Source: Candidatus Bathyarchaeota archaeon (GTDB taxonomy: Archaea; Thermoproteota; Bathyarchaeia; Bathyarchaeales; Bathycorpusculaceae). Taken from it: a stretch of 64,000 nucleotides of DNA. The DNA lies in assembly GCA_963832745.1 (NCBI GenBank), contig CAWHVC010000001.1:672001-736000 (forward strand). Direction: 5' to 3'. This document shows, piece after piece, positions 10,208-19,136 of this stretch (positions within the stretch are counted from its first letter, which is position 1; every line of letters begins with the position of its first letter). Under the pieces are notes generated by a model. The model had not been told where the DNA came from. It made no database searches and saw only the letters and a program-made list of their open reading frames with translations. A program made the position numbers and the translations under genes.

Positions 10208-11077
10208 ATGTGCCCAAAGGAAATCTACACAAAAGATTTCATACTTACTAAAATAAGAGAGTTTTCGATTGAGAACGGGCGTCCGCCGCGTTATAATGAG
10301 TCCGGTTTTGAAAACATAACTTATGCTGCCAAAACTAAGTTCGGTTCTTGGACTTACGCTTTACAGATTGCTGGATTACAAACTTACAGGTCGTGGCATA
10401 AGAAAGACACGCGTGGTGGACGGCTTTGTACGCTACTCAATAATAATCCAATGACTCTAAAAGAAATTCGTGCTGAATTTAAAAAAGATGGTCTTTTTAA
10501 GCTCTCTTCAAATTCTGAAACATCGCTAAGCTTGCTTCAGGTAATTAAAAATACAAAACAAATAACATCGATTGGTCCCCGCCGAAGTACGGTCTATTTT
10601 TTGATTGGTCAAGAAGAAGCAGCTAAGAAGCATCTAAATCAACCAACATCTTCAGACAATAAACAAGACGTTATATTCTCGGCATTGGCTACTAAACCAA
10701 TGACTAAACCCGAAATAGTTAACTTATTTCCTTCAAGTTACCACAGTACCGAAAGATTGCTGAAAGAACTATTTTATGCACGACTTGTTGGAAGAATTCA
10801 TTTTATCGCTGGGTCGCACAAATATCGTGTTGATGACTTGTTCGGTTCGCTTGCTTGCAAGACCTACTATTTTAGATTTGATTACCCTGAGCCTTTAGCA
10901 ACCCTCATAGTGGAGAATATTCCATGGGAAAAAGCAGAAAAGAATCAATATGCAGTGATTTATTACTTGAAAAAAATTCTGCCAAGCGACTGCTTTGAAA
11001 TATTTGAACGGAAAAGGGCTCGGAGGAAAAGTATCGCAGCTACTTCTGGGTCTATTGATGATTTCCTTCCATCGTAA
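10208..11077 (+). CDS. Homing-endonuclease-associated repeat plus winged-helix-like protein
   Basis: N-terminal ILTKIREFSIENGRPP...KTKFGSWTYALQIAGL is the typical HNH-associated repeat; two PMTxxEI wHTH-like segments follow. Confidence 0.6.
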   Translation: MCPKEIYTKDFILTKIREFSIENGRPPRYNESGFENITYAAKTKFGSWTYALQIAGLQTYRSWHKKDTRGGRLCTLLNNNPMTLKEIRAEFKKDGLFKLSSNSETSLSLLQVIKNTKQITSIGPRRSTVYFLIGQEEAAKKHLNQPTSSDNKQDVIFSALATKPMTKPEIVNLFPSSYHSTERLLKELFYARLVGRIHFIAGSHKYRVDDLFGSLACKTYYFRFDYPEPLATLIVENIPWEKAEKNQYAVIYYLKKILPSDCFEIFERKRARRKSIAATSGSIDDFLPS

Positions 11078-12532
11078 TATCTTGAAGCATCATACTTTGA
11101 TATTGATTGACAAACTCTGTTAATGAATCACCTGAAATAGTTCTGGCTATTTCAAATATTATTACGCGTCTGAAATGATGCGGAAGAGACCCTTCTCTTC
11201 TTGAGAACGCATATTGAGGGTGGTCAGTGTTGATAGAGAATGCAGCTTTTCCGCTATCGAGAACGCATTCATAACCTTCTTTACCTAAAGGTTCAAGCTC
11301 AAATTTGTATCTACTATTGCCATTCTTAATTAACCTTGGAGGCTGTTCTTTTTTCTTTTCGTTGTGTTTTATCAGGATTTTCTTCACGTTCTTTCTTTTC
11401 TTTCTGCGTTCTTCAATTTCTTTAATTGCACTCATTACTTCTTTTGCATCCGTTTCGTTTCGTGGCACGAACCAAGAAAATCCTCCCGTAATTCAGCTCC
11501 TTTCAACATATTATCTATCTGATGTCTAATAACATCATCCAAAATTCTTTTCTCCGAAACTTAACTCCTCATGGGATTGGGAAGTTTGGATTTCTTTTGT
11601 AATTTCACGGATTTTGCGTAGAATCGCTTCCTTAAATTCAATAAACTTGGGTGCTTCCTCAGAAAAACCATTCCGGGTAGCAAGAACTATGTCATCTAAT
11701 CCATCTGCGTAAAGAACACAGTATTAGCCTTGCAAGAAAGCTACCGGGACTTGTTAAGACCCTTGCTAAATCAAATATATTAGGGTCATCTGCATTAACA
11801 GTTCGCCCATGAACCTTCACATAAACACCAGCAAACTCTCCTAAAGGGCTTATCAGAATGAATTATTTTTCCTTTGATTTTTTCCAGTCAAATGCAAGTC
11901 TAAATCAATCGGAAGATTCTCTTCCACTTACTAAATCTTCTGGCCTGAGCTCTTCGTTGTTCACTGTTACTTTAAACTCGGGACTCAGCGGCATGTTTCT
12001 TGCAATTCGTCTTATTGCTTTTTATTCATGAAGGTCTTTTTTAATCCAAAAAGCATTATAGTTGTTCCATTAGGTAAGTCAGTCGATGATTCAGCTACAT
12101 TTATTCTTTTTATCACCAATAGACTTATGTGAAAATATTTTTTCAAAATCCAACATTAGAATTCTCTGAATGCCCTTTTTTCTTGTGATAATTTTGCATC
12201 TGTTACACATTACATGCATCGACAGTTTTCCGATTCCAAATTTTCCGATGGTGTATTCTTCTGAGGTTGCTTGTTTTTTTGTCTTCTCGTTTCTCGCTAT
12301 AGCCCAGCCATAGATAGTTTTCTAAGTCCTTTCTATCCATGCCGACTCCATCATCTCTAATCGTCAAACGTGCTTGAGAAAAATCAATGTCCACTTTAGT
12401 GGCATCCGCATCATAAGAATTTGATACCAATTCGTCGAGGACATAATATGCATTTTCATACAGACTTGAACTCAATGTCTGGATTAATTCCGCTCTTGCT
12501 TTGAAGGACGTACAATATTCTCTTATCGACAT
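11052..12532 (-). pseudogene. GHKL (MORC/HATPase_c_3-type) ATPase, multiply frameshifted
   Basis: ELVSNSYDA, DDGVGM and, after a frameshift, YTIGKFGIGKLS Bergerat motifs; later GVYVKVHGR and ADGLDD...TRNGF fragments; C-terminus INTDHPQY in 11052-11468. Confidence 0.75.
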
Positions 12533-12539
12533 TTAGGAA

Positions 12540-13680
12540 TCTCTGACAGCTCGAAATCTAAAAACCTATGACTTCTTTACCATATGATGTCAGAGAGTAT
12601 ATGTAACATCTACGCCATTTCTTGATCCATCGATAACTCCGAGTTCACTCTAATCTCCTTATTGCTCCTGCTCTAATTGTGCTTATCATCGCTTCGGACT
12701 CATCCTCTTGATAATGGGGAAAATAGCTTTGTTTAACTGAGCAGGTGAACAACTTTTTTCATCGATTGCCCGTAAATTCCTATGTTAAGCGACCCATTCT
12801 CTATCAAGGTTATGAAAAATGTGGTCGATATAAAACGAAGCTTTCTCTCTTTGCTTAATCTTTTTGCTATAGTTTTCTTCATCCAAAACAGTGTTTGATA
12901 AAGCGGCGAATTTTAGGCCTTTTTCAGTTATTCCGATTCTTGTCGTTTATTTTCTTCATCTTCAGAGAATATTCAAGAACTTCAAAGCACTGGGTGCCCC
13001 TTCACTTCTTCTTCCAGCTCTTGTGTAATAGCCGACAAAATGGTTGATGAACCGTTTTTCTGTCTTCTGAATGCTTTTTCCTGTTGGTCAACGCAGAAGC
13101 AAGTACTTCTTCGCCATATTTCCTCCTATTTTTTTTATCATCTTCTCTTCAATGACAAGCCAATTTCTCTGGCTGAATTGACTGCTTCTGTTTGCAGCAA
13201 GCTTAACTCAATCGATTCGTTTTCTTGAAGAATGTTCGCAAGAACTCTAAGTGTTATTTTTATGGAAAATAACCTGTTATATTGCCCCCATAAAGATTCA
13301 TTTGGTATTTTGTTAGATTCGGGGGGTGACATTTGTTCTAATTGATTCAGGTGCAAATGGTTTAGCCAAAATTGAAGTTGACTGTTGAATTTTTGTAGAT
13401 TTTGTTTTTACGAAGTTAATGTCTTTCGCTTCCAAACAGTATTTGAAAAATGTTTCTTTAGAACTTTTCTTCAAGGAAAAACTGATTTTGAAAAGCTATA
13501 TTCGCAAATTGTGAGACTGATTCGAACTCTGCATTGGTTGATTAAATTATTGACTTTTTTTGCCAATTCTGGCGATATCTCGATGATTAATTTCAAACAA
13601 TTGCGATTCGCCATTAATTTATGTGAATTAATATATAAAATCTTTTCGATTATTCCATTATTTTGTGTATATTATCATTA
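12540..13680 (-). pseudogene. Fragmented hypothetical protein directly upstream of the GHKL ATPase
   Basis: Coding-like fragments in shifting frames: LWGQYNRLFSIKITLRVL, RFINHFVGYY..EGAP, GITEKGLKFAAL, FYIDHI; boundaries approximate. Confidence 0.5.
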
Positions 13681-13849
13681 AATAAATTGAATTAATAGGG
13701 TGTTAGAAAGAAATGTTTAAAAAAAACTTTAATCGCAAATAGTGGATTGAGGTTTAATATGCCAGAAATAAAGAAAACTACCGAAATTTCTGATGTTCAC
13801 GAAAGTTCGAATCTCTCCCGGGCTATATCTACCCAGGCGCGAATTTGTA

Positions 13850-14880
13850 CTATTTTCAAATTGACTCTCACGTAGCTCCTTAATCATCTGTTGTTTAAGA
13901 GCGGTTGTAATTTGCATAATCTGCGACTGCTCATACTGCTTCTGGTCGAAAATAGATGTTAGATTGTAGCTGTGCTTCTCTTGAGAGAATTTGTTCAGGA
14001 TTTAGTCCAATGAACGAGTAAATTCTTTTAGGATTTCAATCTTGTTTAGGTGTGTCTTTGGTTTTATGCTTAAGCCTGCGGAAATATAGACTCCACGAAG
14101 GATTTGATGCCTTTCATGCGTATATCATGATAAGTGCTGATTGTGTGTCCCATCATGTATTCGATGTAGTCTGTTTGAATGTCCAAAGATGCTAGCTGAG
14201 TTTGGAAGTATTTTCGTAGGCTGTGTGCGCGTAGGTCATAGCGTCGGCATCTGGGTTTTTCGGTTACTAGTCCAGCTTTTACGTAGAGGTTGTGGACGAT
14301 GGAATGAATTCTGCCGGTGGTTATGGGTCTGACGGTGTTGCTTTGTCCATCTCGAATTAGTGGTGAGTCATCGTTGATGATTTCGGGATGTTTTCTGCCT
14401 GTTGGGCTGCCGTGTCTACGCATGTCAAAGTAAGTTTTTAGGTATTCACTGCTTCTTGTCCAAGAAATGTATTATAGTCGTGGTATTTGCCTTGAGACAG
14501 GCTGGTACAAACCAACACCTGAACTAATTCTAAACGCTATAGCAAGATTGGGAGAGGTTTTGGTTTGTGCAGCAAGAATCAAGCAAAAGCTTGTGGCTGA
14601 AGATGGCAAATCAGAAAACTTTGGTTTGATGAGGAAGCGGGAATTGTTGAGGAGGCCAAGGGTTTTCTTAAGAATTATCCGCAACTCTTGCCCATATTAA
14701 TTGCTGATGGAGATAAAGTGGACGTTTGGAGCCAAGAAGCATTAAGACTGCTTGGAGATAACTATGTTCCCCTGGACAGATTTAGGCCATTTCTCGTTGT
14801 TGTACGCCGGTAACATTAACCGAGAAGTAGTCGTCCTTTAGGGCTACCAGACGACTACTACCATTATTCCAGATGCATTA
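13850..14880 (-). pseudogene. Tyrosine recombinase/integrase, decayed
   Basis: 14070-14423 encodes RAHSLRKYF...YIEYMMGHTISTYHD (H-x-x-R, H, Y catalytic residues); C-terminal KPKT...NPEQILSREA fragment in other frames; N-terminal half disrupted. Confidence 0.8.
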
Positions 14881-14992
14881 GAAAGTCCTTTATGCGTTTT
14901 AATGTAGGTATAGCGCAGATTATAAAAAGGCAAAATTAGAGTCTATGACAAAACACGCCTCAAATAAGTGGTGAGAGAGTCTGTATGACAGG

Positions 14993-15160
14993 TTAGGATT
15001 TTTTGACCTGGATTAGTTTATCTCTTACGGCTTCTGCTACAAACTCGCCTCGGCTTCTGTATCCCAGGAGCTTCTTTTCAATTATTTTATCGACTTCGTC
15101 TGCCAATTCGACTGGGAGTTTTACGTTAACGTAGCTTTTTGGCAAGGGTATCCTCTGCAT
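14993..15160 (-). CDS. Ribbon-helix-helix (CopG-like) protein, 55 aa, not in ORF track
   Basis: Translated by hand: ...YVNVKLPVELADEVDKIIEKKLLGYRSRGEFVAEAVRDKL..., a classic archaeal RHH pattern; start may be the internal TTG. Confidence 0.75.
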   Translation of the reverse strand: MQRIPLPKSYVNVKLPVELADEVDKIIEKKLLGYRSRGEFVAEAVRDKLIQVKKS

Positions 15161-15266
15161 GGTAGTTTACCGTAAATCTTAATAGAGTAATGGATAACAT
15201 ATGATCCATGTATGCACCACAGATGGGAGAAGTCAAATCGAATGTAAGAGGTTTAGGGTGGAAAAA

Positions 15267-16444
15267 ATGAAGGCAAAACAAAGCAAACGCGCGCTATTCG
15301 TATTAGCTCTGATATACTGTATTCTGGCCGCTAGCCTAATTGGCATATTTGCAGTGTATTCGTCTTTTGCGACTGAAACTGATGATAAAATAAAAGATCA
15401 GCAAGAAATTATCAACGATTTAACCCCAACTAATTCAGAGCAGGCAAATCTATTATCGGCAAACAATGAGAAAATTGAAGATTTGACAAATCAGGTTAGC
15501 TCTTTAAAATCAAATATTTCTGCCCAAGCTAACCAAAAGCACGCTTATGAATCAACAATTGCCAGCCTTCAAAACCAATTAGCTTCTGCAAACGCCCAAA
15601 TAAACCGTTTAAATTCTAAAGCGGAAGAGCTACAACAACAAGTAAACAACCTTATTCAAGGCAATCAGGAAAGCCTTCCAGCGCTTGTTTTTCATGTTTG
15701 CGAAAAAGGAGAAAAGTACGCTTGGGGACACCTGCCGGATACCAATTCAACGTATAACCAAATTCTTAGCCTGCTCCCAGACTACCAGGTACTAATGCTT
15801 CCCGAGTATCAAGGCAATGCTAATTGGACTGAAGAAATCACGTGGATCAGCAATAATTTTGGAGGTAAAGAGGGTATCCCGTTAATGCTTGATGTTTTTG
15901 GCGGCGGAGATGGCACAAGTCCAACGCCCATGCTTAGCACATCAGACATTTCAGCGGCAATGGCGGCTTCTAATGTTCAGTATTTGAGGGTTGCAGAAGT
16001 GATAAGCTGGCACCAAGAACACCCAGACCAACCCTTCCCCACTGACTACATCAAGAGCATTTTTGAGTTCTGCAGAACCAACAATCTAAAGCTGTTTTGG
16101 ACTGAATGGAGAATCGAAACCTTCCCAATGCTACAGACTTACCTTGAGGGTTATGAAGACATAGCAGTAGTGTCTTTCTCAACCAACTCGGAGACGCTGA
16201 GCCATCAGAGGGTTTTATGCAAATTAGCCAGACGTTTGAGCATTGGGGCGGATCAGTTCAAGCCTGGTACTGGGACACAAGAGGCAAGGATTTAATGGAT
16301 ATGCCTGCATCCTTACTTGGAGAGCACGCATTATTCGCAAAACACTTGGGCGCACAAATAATAGAGTTCGAACCCTACTGGTACTTCTTTAACAACGGAC
16401 AAGCCAATGACAACCTCAGACTATTGAAGGGTTTCTTGATTTGA
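15267..16444 (+). CDS. Membrane-anchored coiled-coil protein with C-terminal globular domain; frameshift near 16190
   Basis: N-terminal TM helix, heptad-rich region; adding one G (NSG-DAEPSEGF) joins it to ORF 16217-16444. Confidence 0.65.
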
Positions 16445-16784
16445 GGTACATTTTTCAATTATTAAGGCGGGTTTGGAGTTTAGTAGTAGCAACAACAACT
16501 GCCAACTGAAACTGTAAAGAATGCTTGAGCAAAGATAATTAATTTGAGCAAGTAAGAGCTAAGGGTTTCATGTGACTATCGATAATATGCTGCTCCAACT
16601 TGTGTCTGACTTTAGAAATAATTTAGATAATCATAAAGAACAAATCAAGTGCTTCTGCAATAAAGGCGATACACATTTTTTCGATGGTACTAAATAGGTT
16701 GATGCGCATCGATCAACCCTGAAAAAATATTTAGAAGAACCGTTAAAAAGCAAGACAACGCTATACTGTACAACGGTAGAACAA

Positions 16785-18662
16785 ATGAGGCTTTTTGCAG
16801 GCAGCTCCCAACAGTTCGTCCAGGACACTATACAAAATCAAATCGCTGAAAAACTAAAGCTCGCATTCTTCAATTACTTCCGTTATTACCCTTCACCCAG
16901 CGAAATTAACTCTTGGCGAAACTCGCTAAGGGCAATCTCACTTGTCTTTACCCATGCCCGCTTAACAGACCAAGGAGTCATCCTCGAGTACCAGCTGCCC
17001 ATGACTTCTAAACGACTTGACATCTTAATTTGCGGAAAAGATGCCAATACCCGGGACAACGCAGTGATTATTGAGCTTAAGCAGTGGGATCGCTGTGAAG
17101 ATGCACTGGGCAAAAACGAAGTAATCACTTGGGTGGGTGGCAGAAAAGAACTGCTCCATCCTTCAGTTCAGGTGCAACAATACCAGCGCTACTTAGAAGA
17201 TACGCACACCGCATTCTATGAAGGACCAAATCCTGTAATCTTAAACGCTTGCGCCTATCTGCATAACTACAATGTTTATTCAGATGATGTTCTGTTTTCC
17301 AATAAATTTATTGACGCGCTTTCGAATTCACCTCTTTTCACCGCTGATGATGTCAACAAGTTGTCAGGGTACTTAACCACAAAGTTGGATATGGGCGCTG
17401 GCATGGATGTGCTAAAACGCATTGAAGAAAGTAAGTATCGTCCCAGCAAGAAACTCATGGATCATGTAGGCAACGTGATTAAGGGCATCCCTGAGTACAT
17501 TCTGTTAGATGAGCAACAAATTGTCTATGATAGCGTGTTCTCTTGTGCCAGAGCAGGTTATCATGATAAGCAAAAAACTGTGTTGATAATCAAGGGTGGA
17601 CCGGGAACAGGCAAATCCGTTATAGCAATCAACCTTATGGCTGATCTGCTGTTGCAAGGCTACAACACTCAGTACGCAACGGGGTCAAGAGCATTTACGG
17701 AAACGCTTAAGCGGATAGTTAAATCGCGAGGCGCTGCTCAATTCAAGTATTTTAATAGCTACACCGAAGCTCAGGATAACGAAATCGACGTGTTAATTGC
17801 CGACGAAGCCCACCGCCTTAGGCAAACCAGCTTTAACAGGTTCACACCCAAAGAAAAACGCACAAACGTTCCCCAAATTGAGGAATTGCTAAAAGCCTCA
17901 AAGGTCGCTGCATTCTTCATCGACGATGACCAAATCGTGCGGCCAGGCGAAATAGGCTCCGTCCAATACATCAAAGAATACGCCAATCGAAATAACTGCA
18001 AAGTTTTTGAGTACGAGCTTGAAGCCCAATTCCGCTGTAACGGTTCAGACGCGTTTGTCAACTGGATAAACAACACGTTAGGCATCAAACGGACAGCTAA
18101 TGTCATCTGGGACCAACATGAAGAATTCGACCTTAAAATAATGCAAAGCCCCCAAGAACTTGAAGATGCAATAAGAGAAAAAGTCCAAGCCGGCTACACA
18201 GGAAGGCTAATGGCTGGCTTCTGCTGGCCATGGTCAGACCCAGACAAAGAAGGAAACCTTCAAAACGACGTAAAAATCGGCGACTACCAACGCCCATGGA
18301 ACGCCAAACCAGAATCAAAAATACTCGCCGCTGGAATCCCAAAATCAAACCTCTGGGCATACGACCCAAACGGCATAGACCAAATAGGCTGCGTATACAC
18401 CGCCCAAGGATTCGAATTCGACTACGCAGGCATAATAATTGGCAAAGACCTCACCTACAACTTTGACAAGCAACAATGGACAGGAAACCCAGCCTACTCA
18501 GCAGATGGCGTTGTAAGACGAGCAAAAGAAAGATTCACAGACTTAGTCAAGAACACGTACAGGGTCTTATTGTCAAGAGGCATGAAAGGATGCTACATCT
18601 ACTTCATGGACAAAGACACAGAACGATTCTTCAAATCAAGAATAGAAAAGGGATTAAAATGA
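16785..18662 (+). CDS. DUF2075 (Schlafen group 3-like) SF1 helicase with N-terminal PD-(D/E)xK-like nuclease
   Basis: LEY...RLD...IIELKQW, HPSVQ, Walker A GGPGTGKS, DEAHR, QFRC, GCVYTAQGFEFDY, NTYRVLLSRG. Confidence 0.88.
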   Translation: MRLFAGSSQQFVQDTIQNQIAEKLKLAFFNYFRYYPSPSEINSWRNSLRAISLVFTHARLTDQGVILEYQLPMTSKRLDILICGKDANTRDNAVIIELKQWDRCEDALGKNEVITWVGGRKELLHPSVQVQQYQRYLEDTHTAFYEGPNPVILNACAYLHNYNVYSDDVLFSNKFIDALSNSPLFTADDVNKLSGYLTTKLDMGAGMDVLKRIEESKYRPSKKLMDHVGNVIKGIPEYILLDEQQIVYDSVFSCARAGYHDKQKTVLIIKGGPGTGKSVIAINLMADLLLQGYNTQYATGSRAFTETLKRIVKSRGAAQFKYFNSYTEAQDNEIDVLIADEAHRLRQTSFNRFTPKEKRTNVPQIEELLKASKVAAFFIDDDQIVRPGEIGSVQYIKEYANRNNCKVFEYELEAQFRCNGSDAFVNWINNTLGIKRTANVIWDQHEEFDLKIMQSPQELEDAIREKVQAGYTGRLMAGFCWPWSDPDKEGNLQNDVKIGDYQRPWNAKPESKILAAGIPKSNLWAYDPNGIDQIGCVYTAQGFEFDYAGIIIGKDLTYNFDKQQWTGNPAYSADGVVRRAKERFTDLVKNTYRVLLSRGMKGCYIYFMDKDTERFFKSRIEKGLK

Positions 18663-19069
18663 AGCACTTAGAAGTCGTAGGTGGAATTCTGATTTTCCAA
18701 GGCAAAATCTTGTGTATGCAGCGTAATATTGGAAAATATGACTATCTGAATTTCAAATACGAGTTTCCTGGGGGAAAAGTCGAAGCAGGAGAGAATCAAC
18801 CCCAAGCACTAATGCGTGAATTAAAAGAGGAGATGGATCTCGAGATCCATGTTTCTGAAACTGATTATTTCGGTGAAGTAAGTTACCAATATCCTGATTT
18901 TGAAATCACCATGTACTGTTATCTTTGCCATCTTACCACGAATCATTTCAAACAAAAGGAGCATGCAAACTATAAATGGCTGAATCAAAATGAACTGCAC
19001 ACCTTAGATTGGGCTCCTGCAGATTATCCAATAGTAAAAAAATTAGAAAAGGTGGCCTCTCTTAAATAA
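18659..19069 (+). CDS. Nudix (MutT-like) (d)NTP pyrophosphohydrolase
   Basis: Nudix box EFPGGKVEAGENQPQALMRELKEEM and LDWAPAD; ATGA overlap with the DUF2075 stop. Confidence 0.92.
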   Translation: MKHLEVVGGILIFQGKILCMQRNIGKYDYLNFKYEFPGGKVEAGENQPQALMRELKEEMDLEIHVSETDYFGEVSYQYPDFEITMYCYLCHLTTNHFKQKEHANYKWLNQNELHTLDWAPADYPIVKKLEKVASLK

Positions 19070-19136
19070 CATAGATGTAATTCCCGAACTGCAAAAGAGC
19101 CTAATTACGGGATGCATTGATGGTTCTTCTAAATCA

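Larger units (their letters stand above)
1..15200. mobile_element. AT-rich integrated element / defence island (left end outside window; accessory genes continue to ~22.4 kb)
   Basis: Contains decayed tyrosine recombinase, RHH protein, DUF3987-like ATPase, methylase/Vsr and conflict-system genes; visibly AT-richer than downstream host genes; no att site identified. Confidence 0.6.

Noticed and set aside
14938-14992. Short imperfect direct repeat AGAGTCT(GT)ATGACA between integrase and RHH genes
   Set aside because: Too short, and no partner copy seen elsewhere to define an att site
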